A DNA stretch of 64,000 bases from an uncultured delta proteobacterium (GCA_963761335.1 CAVXGR010000011.1:448001-512000); one strand, 5' to 3'. Shown: positions 40,291 to 50,545, counted from the stretch's first letter. Program-made: numbers and translations. The notes: a model not told the origin generated them from the sequence alone.

Positions 40291-41547
40291 TCAGCGCGGC
40301 AGAGCGCCGCCGACCGATTCGCTGAGCTTCTGCCCGATGGTCTTGTCGTCGACCGTGCCACCCATCTTCTGCATCATCACCGGATAGGAGTCGATCGGCT
40401 CGACGTTGGCGGCGGGGAGGGGCGGGATGCGTTGGGTCGCCTTCTCGATGTACGGCGCCAGCTCCTCTGCCTTGCGGCGGAGGCGCGCCTCGTGGCGCTC
40501 CTTGAAGCCGGGCTGTACGCGGGCGGCGAAGAGATCGAGCGACTCGCAGATGTGCTCGTGGCGGTTGTTGCCCGCCTGCTGGATGAAGATCACCTGATCG
40601 ACGCCGCTCTCCTCGAACTTCTCCAGGTTGGCGCGCACCTCGTCGGGGTTGCCGATGCCGCCGGTCGGCCCGCCGATGCTGGGGCCGTTCTTCTGGAAAT
40701 CCGCCCAGACGTCGAACGATCCAGGAACGTGCGTGCCGGTGATGTAGTAGTGGGCGAGGGCATAGCCGAAGAAATGGAACCCCTCGAGCCCGCGATCGAC
40801 GGCGACCTGGCTGTCCTCATGGCACATGAAGCCGGTGACCATGGCGACCTTCGGGTTGACGGCGCGCCCGATCGGCTCGCACTCGTTCTTGAACGTCGTG
40901 TAGTACTCCTCGACCCAATACTTGGCCTCGCTCGGATCGATGAAGGCGAAGGTGAGGGCCCCGATGCCGAGCTTCGCCGCCAGGCGGATGGTGTCGCGGT
41001 TCGAGCACGCCACCCAGAGAGGCGGATGCGGCTTCTGCAGCGGCTTGGGCACCAGATTGCGCGGCGGCATCGAAAAGTACTTTCCCGCGTAGCCGGGATA
41101 CGGCGACATCGAGATCATCTTGGCGCTCTCGCGTACCGCCTCGAGCCACATGTCGCGCTTTTCCATGTAGTTGATGTTGAAGCCCTCGAGCTCCAAGCGC
41201 GAGCTGGATTCGCCGGTACCCCATTCGACCCGGCCGTCGCTCACCAGGTCGAGGGTGGCGATGCGCTCGGCCACCCGCGCCGGATGGTTGTAGCTCGACG
41301 GCATCAGCGTGATGCCGTGGCCGAGGCGAATGTTCTTGGTGCGCTGGCTGCACGCCGCGAGAAACACCTCGGGCGCCGAGGAGTGCGAGTACTCCTCGAG
41401 GAAGTGGTGCTCCACCTCCCAGGCGTAGTCGATTCCCAGCCGGTCGGCGAGATCGACCTGCTCCAGAGCCTCGCGGAAGAGCTTGTGCTCGTCGCCCTCG
41501 CGCCAGGGGCGCGGAATCTGATGCTCGTAGAAGATGCCGAACTGCAT
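40291..41547 (-). CDS. LLM-class flavin-dependent oxidoreductase
   Basis: MQFGIFYEHQ, YAWEVEHHFLEEYSHSSAPE, PKPLQKPHPPLWVA. Confidence 0.92.
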   Translation of the reverse strand: MQFGIFYEHQIPRPWREGDEHKLFREALEQVDLADRLGIDYAWEVEHHFLEEYSHSSAPEVFLAACSQRTKNIRLGHGITLMPSSYNHPARVAERIATLDLVSDGRVEWGTGESSSRLELEGFNINYMEKRDMWLEAVRESAKMISMSPYPGYAGKYFSMPPRNLVPKPLQKPHPPLWVACSNRDTIRLAAKLGIGALTFAFIDPSEAKYWVEEYYTTFKNECEPIGRAVNPKVAMVTGFMCHEDSQVAVDRGLEGFHFFGYALAHYYITGTHVPGSFDVWADFQKNGPSIGGPTGGIGNPDEVRANLEKFEESGVDQVIFIQQAGNNRHEHICESLDLFAARVQPGFKERHEARLRRKAEELAPYIEKATQRIPPLPAANVEPIDSYPVMMQKMGGTVDDKTIGQKLSESVGGALPR

Positions 41548-41590
41548 GGGTGAACGATTGCAGTTCGGCAATGTCGTGTCCACTCCGCGA

Positions 41591-41663
41591 GGGGACAGGC
41601 TACTTTTGCGCCGCGCAATTTCACGCGGCCGAGCGAGCGCGCTCGCAAAAGTTGCCTGTCCCC
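41591..41663. repeat. Empty (uninterrupted) host palindrome
   Basis: GGGGACAGGCTACTTTTGCG-N33-CGCAAAAGTTGCCTGTCCCC. Confidence 0.85.
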
Positions 41664-41682
41664 AGTCACCCGGAGACCGGTC

Positions 41683-42904
41683 GGGGACAGTGCACCATGA
41701 GCCTTACGGCTCACCAGTAGACGATGAAAATGAGGCCGGGGATGTACCCCGGCAAGAGATTTGGAGGTTCCCGCCTGGGCGAAGTTCGCCCCGGAGGGGC
41801 GGTGGCGTGTAGCCCCGGGTGAAACCCGGGGAAGAATGCGCGCTCCGTCATACCGTCATACGCGCCCCGCCAGGGGCGCGGGCAAATTTTCGTCGATGTC
41901 GCGCCTGTACGCCGATGATCACCGCTGGGTGCATGGGGAAGCTCATCGACGTGATTCACGCGGCCTCTACGCCTGCGCCCCTCCGGGGCGCAGATCTGGG
42001 CCAATCGGAACCCGGTCCCCGGGTTGGCACCCGGGGCTACACGCCCGCGCCCCTCCGGGGCGATAATTTCCACGCCAAGCCCCTGGGCTCCTCCAGACCT
42101 TCACCCAAGACATTTTCGAAGCAGTACGTCATGAGCCTTGCGGCTCGCCAGCAGACGATGAAAATGCGCCGAGGTTCTCACCCGGGAAGAGATTTGGCGG
42201 TTCTGGCCTCGGGGAAGTTCGCCCCGGAGGGGCGGTGGCGTGTAGCCCCGGGTGAAACCCGGGGAAGAATGCGCGCTCCGTCATACCTCCGTCATACCGT
42301 CATACGCGCCCCGCCAGGGGCGCGGGCAAGTTTTCGTCGATGTCGCGCCCGTACGCCGATAATCACCACTGGGTGCGTGGGAAGCTCATCGACGTGTTTT
42401 ACGCGGCCTCTACACGCCCGCGCCCCTGCGGGGCGATAAGACCTCCACACCCAGCGCCCGGGCTCCGACAGACCCTCCGGGGCGATAAGCTCCACGCCAA
42501 GCGCCGGGGCTCCGCCAGACCTTCACCCAAGACATTTTCGAAGCAGTGCGTCATGAGCCTGCGGCTCACCAACAGACGATGAAAATGGACGGCGTCCTGA
42601 TTCACTGATCAGACGCTTGCGATGATACTTCCGCGCCACGGGGGCGGGTCTCCTCTCCCCGCATCTTTCCGCGGGGAGAGGATCAAGGTGAGGGGTTCCT
42701 GTCTCACTGAAAGCTCGTGAATCTCCACGGCCTTCACAGAGATCGGCACCCTCACCCTGACCCTCTCCCGCCAAGTAATGCGGGAGAGGGAACGCGCCCC
42801 CGAAGCGCACACCCAACAGATTTTCGAAGCAGGCACCTTTTCGGCTGCGAACCGCTGGTCTCTCATCGAACCCCCTTCTTCCGCCGAAAAGGAGCCCGTC
42901 TCCC
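41683..42904 (+). mobile_element. Host palindrome with three tandem cassettes (41691-42124, 42125-42546, 42547-42832); third carries family C REP cargo
   Basis: Two GAAGCAG|T(A/G)CGTCATGAG junctions; third unit keeps both ends around a CCCTCTCCC-type doublet at ~42651-42790. Confidence 0.8.
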
Positions 42905-44089
42905 TCACCTTCCCCCGCCCGCCCGGTTGGCCTCGATCGAGTCGAGCGCCTGCCGCACCCGCGCCGCCACTTCCGGCGAGGGGTCGGCGTCGAGCGCGTC
43001 GAGAAAATGCTGATAGGCCGGTGTCGGCTGATGCAGGCTCTCCAGCAGCACCAGGCCGGCGCCGAGATGCGCCTGGGCGGTTCCGGGCCCGCTGGGATAG
43101 TCGCGCAGGTGTCGCCGATAGAGCACGATGGCCGCATCGGGATGGCCGTTGGCGCGCAGCCACGCGGCCAGCGCCAGGGAGTCGTCCGCCGAGAGCACCC
43201 GCCGCAGCCGCGCCTGCGGCAGCGAGAAGTACCGCCGCGCCGCCTCGGCGTAGCGCCCCTCCCGCAACGCCGCCTCGATCGGGGAGCGATCCGGCGAGGG
43301 AGGCTCGGCGGCCGCCGGCGCCGCGGCGAAGCCCGCCGGGCGCGCCGCCAGATGCCAGCGGTCCATCACGGCCGCCGCTCCCAGCCCGGCGAAGAAGCCG
43401 CCGATGTGAGCGCCGTGGGCGACGCCGCTGGCGGCGCCGCCGGAGATGAGGAAGGGGACGAGGTTGTCGAGGACCAGAAAGATCCCGAGCACCAGACGCG
43501 CCGGCACCATGATGGTGTCGATCAGGAAGGGGAAGAAGAAGACCAGCAGGCGGACGCGGTTGCGCGGAAACCAGAGGAAGTAGAAGCCGAGCACGCCCGA
43601 GATCGCCCCCGAGGCGCCGATCAGCGGCAGCTCCGAACCCGACGCGAACAGGGAGAAGAACAGCGTCGCCGCCAATCCGCAGGCGAGATACGCCAGCAGA
43701 TAACGCACCCGCCCGAGACGGTGCTCGACGTTGTCGCCGTAGATCCACAGGAAGAGCATGTTGCCGGCGAGGTGCAGGATGTTGGCGTGCAGGAAGAGCG
43801 AGAAGAAGAGATTGGCGACCGACGGCGCCGCCGGCCGATACCCGTGGCGAAAGATGAAGAGGTCGTAGGCCGAGGTCTGGCTGACGATGTCGTAGAGCGA
43901 CACCGGCCCGTGCAGGTGCTGCGCCACCGTCTCCACGTACTGGCGCAGCAGCGGGTCGCGCGGGTCGACCGCGGCGTAGCTGAGCGGCAATGAGATCAGG
44001 ACGTAGACGGCGATGTTGGCGAACAGCAGGCCGTAGTTCACCACCGGCACGCCGGGCGGATTGGGGGAATCGCCGAGCGGGAGAATCAC
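42905..44089 (-). CDS. Rhomboid-family intramembrane serine protease with C-terminal TPR-like region
   Basis: FLHANILHLAGNMLFLWIYG, GASGA, AHGAHIGGF. Confidence 0.9.
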   Translation of the reverse strand: MILPLGDSPNPPGVPVVNYGLLFANIAVYVLISLPLSYAAVDPRDPLLRQYVETVAQHLHGPVSLYDIVSQTSAYDLFIFRHGYRPAAPSVANLFFSLFLHANILHLAGNMLFLWIYGDNVEHRLGRVRYLLAYLACGLAATLFFSLFASGSELPLIGASGAISGVLGFYFLWFPRNRVRLLVFFFPFLIDTIMVPARLVLGIFLVLDNLVPFLISGGAASGVAHGAHIGGFFAGLGAAAVMDRWHLAARPAGFAAAPAAAEPPSPDRSPIEAALREGRYAEAARRYFSLPQARLRRVLSADDSLALAAWLRANGHPDAAIVLYRRHLRDYPSGPGTAQAHLGAGLVLLESLHQPTPAYQHFLDALDADPSPEVAARVRQALDSIEANRAGGGR

Positions 44090-44125
44090 CGCCGTCCTCC
44101 GCGGCGTACCCCGACCGGCCGCGGA

Positions 44126-44953
44126 TCAGCGGCCGCTGAATCGCGGAGGGCGCTTCTGCACGAAGGAGGCGACACCCTCGCGAAAGTCCTCGGTGGTGAA
44201 GCTGGCGACCATCTCGGTATCGGCTTCCTCGATGACCGCGCCGAGGTCCTTGAGCAGCGCCCCGTAGATCTGCCGCTTCATGATGCGGATGGAGCGCGGC
44301 GAGCACAGGGTCGCCATCTCGGCGGCGACCTCGCGCACGGTCGCCAGCAGCGACTCGTGGGGAACGACGCGGTTGACCAGCCCCATGCGCAGCGCCTCCT
44401 CGGCGGCAATCAGGCGACCGGAGTAGAGCAGCTCGCAGGCGTTCGCCAGGCCGACCAGGCGCGGCAGCAGATAGGCGGTGCCGTGCTCGGCCACCAGTCC
44501 CCGGCGCGAGAACACGGTGCCGAAGCGGGCGCGCTCCGAGGCGATGCGCATGTCGTAGAAGAGCATGTACGAGAGTCCGAGACCGGCGGCGACGCCGTTG
44601 ACGGCGGCGATCACCGGCTTGTGCAGCGCCATGGGATAGCTGTACGGGCCGCGGAACGCGGCCGGGACCGCGGCGTCCGCCGGCGCGGGCGGCGAAGACG
44701 ACAGCGCCGCGGCATCTCCGGCGTCGCCGCTCTGTAGACCCTGCAGCATGTTCATGTCGGCCCCGGCGCAGTATCCCTTGCCGGCGCCGGTGACCACGAT
44801 GACCCGCACCTCGCCGTCGGCGTCGGCGCGGCGGCAGGCGTGCTCCACCTCGGCGCCCATGCGCATGGTCCAGGCGTTCAGCTTCTCCGGACGGTTGAGC
44901 GTGATCGTGGCGATGCGGTCGGCGACCTCGTAGAGAATCTGCTGGTAGTCCAT
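44126..44953 (-). CDS. Enoyl-CoA hydratase/isomerase (crotonase family)
   Basis: ITLNRPEKLNAW, YCAGADM, KPVIAAVNGVAAGLG, DFREGVASF. Confidence 0.92.
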   Translation of the reverse strand: MDYQQILYEVADRIATITLNRPEKLNAWTMRMGAEVEHACRRADADGEVRVIVVTGAGKGYCAGADMNMLQGLQSGDAGDAAALSSSPPAPADAAVPAAFRGPYSYPMALHKPVIAAVNGVAAGLGLSYMLFYDMRIASERARFGTVFSRRGLVAEHGTAYLLPRLVGLANACELLYSGRLIAAEEALRMGLVNRVVPHESLLATVREVAAEMATLCSPRSIRIMKRQIYGALLKDLGAVIEEADTEMVASFTTEDFREGVASFVQKRPPRFSGR

Positions 44954-45076
44954 CGCTGTTGGCAAAACGGCTATCGCGGATGTCGCGCAACTGCAATGGC
45001 GCCGACAGTGTACGGGGAAAATGGCGGCGCCGTCCGGCATTTGCCTTAGCCCCGCGAGGCGACGCATAAAGAGGAG

Positions 45077-46258
45077 GTGGAGAAGAGCAATACGCGACAG
45101 CGCCGGCGTCACCGGGGCCGCGGCGGTGAGCTCGGCATGGTGCTCTCCGGCGGCGGTGCCCGCGGTGCCTTTCAGGTCGGCGTCTACGAGCGCCTGCTGC
45201 GCGATCCGCGCTTCGCCGGCGGACCGCGGGTGCTCTCCGGGACCTCGGCCGGCGCCATCAACGCGGCGCTGATCGCCGCCGGGCGCTCGCCGCGGCAGAT
45301 GATGGATTTCTGGAACGGCATCGCCGACGACCCTCCGGTGACAGCGAGCTCGCTCTTCTTCCACAGCGCCGTGAGCACCTTCCTGCGCCTCACGCTCGAG
45401 GAGATGGCCGGCTGGTGGCTGCGACCCGACCGCGCGGTGCGGGCGCTGATCCGGCGCGCCCGCAATCACCTCCCGCCGCAGCGGGGCACCCTGGTGGCTC
45501 TGTGGGTCGAGTATCTGCTGACGGCGCGCTTCGAGATGGTGAGCCGTTTCCTCGACGGCATCCGCGAGCCCTTCGTCGCCGACACCAGCCGCCTGCGCCA
45601 GCGCCTGATCGACACCTTCGGCGGCGAGGAGATTCCCACCAACGGCCTGCGCCTCGCCATCAATACAGTCGATGCCCACACCGGGCGGGTGGTGCGCTTC
45701 GTCACCGCGGAGACGCCGCTGACGCGACCGCCGGACTACGTGATCGTCGAATCGATCACCGTCGATATGATCCTCGCCAGCGCCAGCATCCCCCTGCTCT
45801 TTCCGCCGGTGCAGATCGGTCCGCACCTGCTCTGGGACGGCGGCCTGCTGGTGAACACGCCGCTGGCGCCGGTGGTGGCGCTCGGCGCCGACGAGATCAT
45901 CACCGTCCTGGTCACCGAGCCCCCCGACCCGCAGCCCGGTCCGTTCAGCGGCTTCGGCCGCGCCGTCGAGCGCACCGCCGACAGCTTTTTGGAGAACGCC
46001 TACAACATCGACCGCAAGCTGCTCCTCGAGCGCAACCGCCTGGCGCACTTCGAGAACTCGCCCTATCGCGACGTCACCCTGTACGAGCCGGTGCGGCCGC
46101 CGCGCTCCGCCTGCTTCAACGCCGGCTCCTACCTCTACTTCGACCGCGAGGTGCTGAAAGCCATGCACGACGCCGGCAAGCGCGCCGGCAACAGCTGGCT
46201 GGCGGCAGGGCCACGCATCGACCAGCTGAGCGAGGGCGCCGCCGGCGCCGCGGCGTAA
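45077..46258 (+). CDS. Patatin-like phospholipase
   Basis: LSGGGARG, GTSAG, DGG motifs; start uncertain. Confidence 0.88.
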   Translation: MEKSNTRQRRRHRGRGGELGMVLSGGGARGAFQVGVYERLLRDPRFAGGPRVLSGTSAGAINAALIAAGRSPRQMMDFWNGIADDPPVTASSLFFHSAVSTFLRLTLEEMAGWWLRPDRAVRALIRRARNHLPPQRGTLVALWVEYLLTARFEMVSRFLDGIREPFVADTSRLRQRLIDTFGGEEIPTNGLRLAINTVDAHTGRVVRFVTAETPLTRPPDYVIVESITVDMILASASIPLLFPPVQIGPHLLWDGGLLVNTPLAPVVALGADEIITVLVTEPPDPQPGPFSGFGRAVERTADSFLENAYNIDRKLLLERNRLAHFENSPYRDVTLYEPVRPPRSACFNAGSYLYFDREVLKAMHDAGKRAGNSWLAAGPRIDQLSEGAAGAAA

Positions 46259-46261
46259 GGA

Positions 46262-46311
46262 GTAGAAGCGCCGTCTCGGCGCTTCCCGAAGCGGCGAGAC
46301 GCCGCTTCTAC
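46262..46311. repeat. GTAG-type REP family B palindrome
   Basis: GTAGAAGCGCCGTC...GACGCCGCTTCTAC; same at 50567, 58720, 61661 array. Confidence 0.8.
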
Positions 46312-46440
46312 GTCGGCCCGCGAGACGGCGGGAATCGTCGGCTGGCGTTGTCAGACCCCAGATTGGTCCGGCCCGCCCTGGCGCCACCATTGCACTGGCG
46401 CGCGTTTGCGCTAATGTCGTCTGCGAGGTCGATGACCCGG

Positions 46441-47769
46441 ATGCCCCGCAACAGCCTCACCATCACCGACAACCGCACCGGCAAGCAGTACGAGATCCCC
46501 ATCGAGCTGGGCGCCATTCACGCCGCCCAGCTCCGCCAGGTGCGCGTCTCCGACGAGGATCCGGGGCTGCGCTCCTACGACCCCGCCCTGCGGCACACGG
46601 CGGTGTGCAAGAGCCGCATCACCGAGATCGACTGCGTCGGCGACACGTTGCGCTATCGCGGCTACGACGTCGCCGAGCTGGCGGAGAAGAGCAACTACCT
46701 CGAGACGGCGTACCTGATCGTCAAGGGGGAGCTCCCGGACCGCAAGCACTTCGAGATGTGGAAGCACAACATCGTCGTGCACACCATGGTGCACGAGAAC
46801 ATCAAGAAGTTCATGGACGGCTTCCGCTACAACGCTCATCCGATGGGCATCCTGCTGGGCACCATCGGAGCCCTCTCGACCTTCTATCCGGACGCCAAGA
46901 ACATCATGGATCTGGAGTCGCGCCGGCTGCAGACGCGGCGCCTCATCGGCAAGCTGCCGACGCTCGCCGCCTGCGCCTACCGGCGCACCCGCGGCCTGCC
47001 GTACGTCTATCCCGACAACGAGCTCAGCTACACCGGCAATCTGCTGTCCATGCTCTTCAAGATGACCGAGCTGCGCTACCGGCCGGACCCCATCCTCGAG
47101 CGCGCCCTCGACGTGCTCTTCATCCTCTACGGCGACCACGAGCAGAGCTGCTCGACCACGGCGCTGCGCACGGTCTCCAGCTCGCACGTCGACCCCTTCT
47201 CGGCCGTGGCCGCCGCCGTCGCCGCCCTCGATGGTCCCCTGCACGGCGGCGCCAATGAGGAAGTGGTGCGCATGCTGGAGGAGATCGGCTCACCGAAGCG
47301 CGTCCCCGAGTTCCTGGGGCGCGTCAAATCGGGCGCCGCCAACCTCATCGGCTTCGGGCGCCACGTCTACGGCCGCTACGACCCGCGAGTGACGATCATC
47401 AAGCGGGTCGCCGAGGAGGTCTTCGAGGTCACCGGGCGCGACCCGCTCATGGACGTCGCCCTGGAGATCGACCGCATCACCCAGGAAGAGGACTGGTTCG
47501 CCTCCCGCAACCTCTACCCGGACATCGACTTCTACTCGGGCATCATCTACCGGGCCATGCGCTTGCCGAGCACCATGTTCCCGGTGATGTTCGTCATCCC
47601 CCGCACCGCCGGCTGGATGGCGCACTGGGCGGAGCTGGTCCGCGATCCCGAGCAGGGGCTGGCGCAGGCGCACCAGCTCTACGTCGGCGAGCCGCCGCGC
47701 CCGTGGAATCCCATCGAGCAGCGGCCCGAGCCGACGATGCGCGAAGACGCCGTCAGCGAGCGCATCTAG
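46441..47769 (+). CDS. Citrate synthase paralogue with altered active-site motifs
   Basis: Aligns end to end with gltA at 32907-34211 but has YGDHEQS, IGFGRHVY, PDIDFYSG, LAQAHQLY. Confidence 0.85.
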   Translation: MPRNSLTITDNRTGKQYEIPIELGAIHAAQLRQVRVSDEDPGLRSYDPALRHTAVCKSRITEIDCVGDTLRYRGYDVAELAEKSNYLETAYLIVKGELPDRKHFEMWKHNIVVHTMVHENIKKFMDGFRYNAHPMGILLGTIGALSTFYPDAKNIMDLESRRLQTRRLIGKLPTLAACAYRRTRGLPYVYPDNELSYTGNLLSMLFKMTELRYRPDPILERALDVLFILYGDHEQSCSTTALRTVSSSHVDPFSAVAAAVAALDGPLHGGANEEVVRMLEEIGSPKRVPEFLGRVKSGAANLIGFGRHVYGRYDPRVTIIKRVAEEVFEVTGRDPLMDVALEIDRITQEEDWFASRNLYPDIDFYSGIIYRAMRLPSTMFPVMFVIPRTAGWMAHWAELVRDPEQGLAQAHQLYVGEPPRPWNPIEQRPEPTMREDAVSERI

Positions 47770-47839
47770 CCTCCGCCACGCCCCTGTCTGGGCACTGCCG
47801 CGCAGTTGTGCTAGTGCTCGGCGGCCGCCTTCGCCCGCC

Positions 47840-48556
47840 ATGGAGCTATCGCTGGTCATCCCCGCCCGCAACGAAGCCGAGAACATCGAGCCGCTGATCC
47901 GGGAAATTCGCGCCGCTCTCGACGGGCACCTGGACTACGAGGTCGTCTTCGTGGACGACGGCAGCGACGATCAGACGGCAGAGGTGCTGCGGCGCGTCCG
48001 GCTCGAGTTCCCCCGGCTGCGCGCCGTCCGCCACGCGCGCAGCTGCGGCCAGAGCGCCGCCATCCGCAGCGGCATCGAGGCGGCCCGGGCTCCGTGGGTG
48101 TTGACCATGGACGGAGACGGTCAGGACGATCCGGCCGATGCCCCGCGGCTGCTCGCGGCGCGCCGCGAGGAGGGCGGCCGGCCACTGCTCGTCTGCGGCT
48201 ACCGCCGCCTGCGCCGCGACGGCTGGGTCAAGCGAATGTCGTCCCGCATCGCCAACGGCGTGCGCAGCCGCCTTCTCGGGGACGCCACCCCCGACACCGG
48301 CTGCGGCCTCAAGCTCTGCCGGCGCGATCTTTTTCTCTCCCTGCCATTCTTCGACCACATGCATCGCTTTCTGCCGGCGCTGGTGATTCGCGCCGGCGGC
48401 GAGGTGACCTCGGTCGAGGTTCACCACCGGCCGCGGCTGCGGGGGACGTCGAACTACGGCATTCACAACCGCCTGTGGGTGGGAATCGTCGACATGCTGG
48501 GAGTCATGTGGCTGCAGAGACGGGCGAAATTTCCAGTCACCGCGGGGCAGGAGTAG
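47840..48556 (+). CDS. GT2 polyprenol-phosphate glycosyltransferase (ArnC/DPM-synthase-like)
   Basis: SLVIPARNE, VDDGSDD, GQSAA, MDGDGQDDP, DTGCGLK, HRFLP. Confidence 0.9.
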   Translation: MELSLVIPARNEAENIEPLIREIRAALDGHLDYEVVFVDDGSDDQTAEVLRRVRLEFPRLRAVRHARSCGQSAAIRSGIEAARAPWVLTMDGDGQDDPADAPRLLAARREEGGRPLLVCGYRRLRRDGWVKRMSSRIANGVRSRLLGDATPDTGCGLKLCRRDLFLSLPFFDHMHRFLPALVIRAGGEVTSVEVHHRPRLRGTSNYGIHNRLWVGIVDMLGVMWLQRRAKFPVTAGQE

Positions 48557-48558
48557 CA

Positions 48559-48852
48559 ATGCAGGGGGAACATTTTTGGCTGGTGGTCGGCTTCGCCGGC
48601 CAGGCGATCTTCTCGATGCGCTTTCTGGTGCAGTGGATCCAGAGCGAGCGCCGCGGCCGCAGCGTCATTCCGGTCGCCTTCTGGTATCTGAGCCTGCTCG
48701 GCGGCGTGACCCTGCTGGCGTACGCGGTGCACAAGCTCGACCCGGTGTTCATCGCCGGTCAGCTCGGCGGGCTGGCGGTCTACGCCCGCAACCTCCACCT
48801 CATCGGCCGCGAGCGCCAGCGGGAAGAAACTGCCGGGACCGTCAAGGCGTGA
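48559..48852 (+). CDS. Lipid A biosynthesis N-terminal (LAB_N) domain membrane protein
   Basis: GQAIFSMRFLVQWIQSERRGRSVIPVAFWYLSLLGG, DPVFIAGQ. Confidence 0.88.
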   Translation: MQGEHFWLVVGFAGQAIFSMRFLVQWIQSERRGRSVIPVAFWYLSLLGGVTLLAYAVHKLDPVFIAGQLGGLAVYARNLHLIGRERQREETAGTVKA

Positions 48853-50477
48853 GCAAGCACTCCCTCTCCTGGGAGCCGGCGCTCTGGGGCGGGCTGTGCC
48901 TGCTCCTCACCGCGGTGGCGATCGTCACCCGGCCGCTTCTACCGATCGACGAGACCCGCTATCTCTCCGTCGCCTGGGAGATGTGGCTGCGCGGCAAGCT
49001 CCTGGTACCGATCATGAACGGCCAGCCGTACAGCGACAAGCCGCCGCTGCTCTTCTGGCTGATCAACGCGACGTGGGGACTCTTCGGCGTCAACGACTGG
49101 TCGCCGCGGCTGCTGCCAGGCATCTTCTCCCTGGGCGTTCTGTTTCTCACCCACCGCCTCGGGCGGCTGCTCTGGCCCGAGCGCCCCGAGGTAGCGCGCA
49201 CGGCGCCCGTGCTGCTGGCCGGTATCGGCTTCTGGGCGGTGTTCAGCACGGTCGTCCTCTTCGACATGCTGCTCGGCCTGTTCACCGTGCTCGGGCTGCT
49301 CGGCGTGGTCATCGCCTGGCGCCGCGACCGCTGGCAGGCGTGGCTGCTGGTCGGCGTCGCCATCGGCCTCGGGGTGCTCAGCAAGGGTCCGGTGATTCTG
49401 GTCAACGTGGTTCCTCCGGCGCTGCTGGCACCGCTCTGGCTTCCCCGCCCACACCGCTGGGGCCGCTGGTACGCGGGCGTCATCGGCGCGGTGCTGCTCG
49501 GCGCCGCAATCGCCCTCGCCTGGGCCATACCGGCGGGCAACGCCGGCGGCCCCGAGTATCGCGACGCCATCTTCTGGGGGCAGACGGCGAATCGCATGGT
49601 CCGCTCTTTTGCGCATCAACGACCGCTCTGGTGGTATCTGCCGCTGCTGCCGCTGCTTCTTCTGCCCTTCTCCATATGGCCGACACTGTGGCGCGCCTTC
49701 GGCCGTCTGCGCGGCGCCATCGGCGAACCGGGCATGCGCTTCTGCCTCACTTGGGCGCTCTCCGTGCTCCTCATCTTCTCGCTGATCAGCGGTAAGCAGG
49801 TGCACTACGTGCTGCCGATGTTCCCGGCTCTGGCACTGCTCTCGGCGCGACTGCTGGTGGGTGTGCGTGGCGAGCAGGGCGATCAGATGCTGCCGTCTTT
49901 CCTGCTTCTCGCCGCCGGCGCGATTTTCGCGATCGCTCCTCTGGCAATGCGCTATCTGCCGATCCCCTGGGCGAGCGCGGCGCAGCCCGCCGCCTGGATC
50001 GCGGCCATCTCGCCGCTGTGGGGACTCGGGCTCATCGTCCTCGGCCTGCTGTTGCGCAGGAGCGCCTTCCCCGATCCCCGCTACGGCACCGCGGTGGTGA
50101 CCCTGGCCACCGGCGCGGTGCTCATCGCCGTCCACTTCTCCGCCATGGGCGCCGTCAATCGGGCCTACGACCTGCGGCCGATCAGCCGATTTCTCGCCGG
50201 CGTCGAGGCGGCTGGCCACCCGATCGCACACGTCGGCAAGTACGATGATCAGTATCACTTCGCCGGACGGCTGCGGCAGCCGCTCGAGGTGCTCGCTCCC
50301 GACGAGGTCTACGCCTGGATCCAGGAGCACCCCGACGGCAAGGTGGTGCGCTACTACCGAGGGCCGCAGGCGGAAGAAGCGATCGCGCCCGACTACTCCC
50401 AGCCCTACCGCGGCCTCACCGTCGAGGTCTGGGGCCGCGAGCAGGTGATCGCCTCGATCTTCGCCAACTGCTCGTAA
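48849..50477 (+). CDS. ArnT/PMT-like (GT-C) membrane glycosyltransferase
   Basis: DETRYLSVAWEM, YSDKPPLLFWL, LSKGPV, HQRPLWWY, KQVHYVLP; GTGA overlap start. Confidence 0.9.
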   Translation: MSKHSLSWEPALWGGLCLLLTAVAIVTRPLLPIDETRYLSVAWEMWLRGKLLVPIMNGQPYSDKPPLLFWLINATWGLFGVNDWSPRLLPGIFSLGVLFLTHRLGRLLWPERPEVARTAPVLLAGIGFWAVFSTVVLFDMLLGLFTVLGLLGVVIAWRRDRWQAWLLVGVAIGLGVLSKGPVILVNVVPPALLAPLWLPRPHRWGRWYAGVIGAVLLGAAIALAWAIPAGNAGGPEYRDAIFWGQTANRMVRSFAHQRPLWWYLPLLPLLLLPFSIWPTLWRAFGRLRGAIGEPGMRFCLTWALSVLLIFSLISGKQVHYVLPMFPALALLSARLLVGVRGEQGDQMLPSFLLLAAGAIFAIAPLAMRYLPIPWASAAQPAAWIAAISPLWGLGLIVLGLLLRRSAFPDPRYGTAVVTLATGAVLIAVHFSAMGAVNRAYDLRPISRFLAGVEAAGHPIAHVGKYDDQYHFAGRLRQPLEVLAPDEVYAWIQEHPDGKVVRYYRGPQAEEAIAPDYSQPYRGLTVEVWGREQVIASIFANCS

Positions 50478-50545
50478 GCGGGCGCCACACGCCTGCGCCC
50501 CTGGCGGGGCGCGCCGGGGAAGGCCGACGCCGTCCCCTGGGTCGA

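Noticed and set aside
42905..44089. Rhombosortase
   Set aside because: Looks like an ordinary rhomboid with a TPR-like tail; no adjacent GlyGly-CTERM substrate
47840..50477. Complete arn (L-Ara4N) operon
   Set aside because: Only GT2, LAB_N and ArnT-like genes; no arnA/B/D here, so sugar and acceptor cannot be assigned
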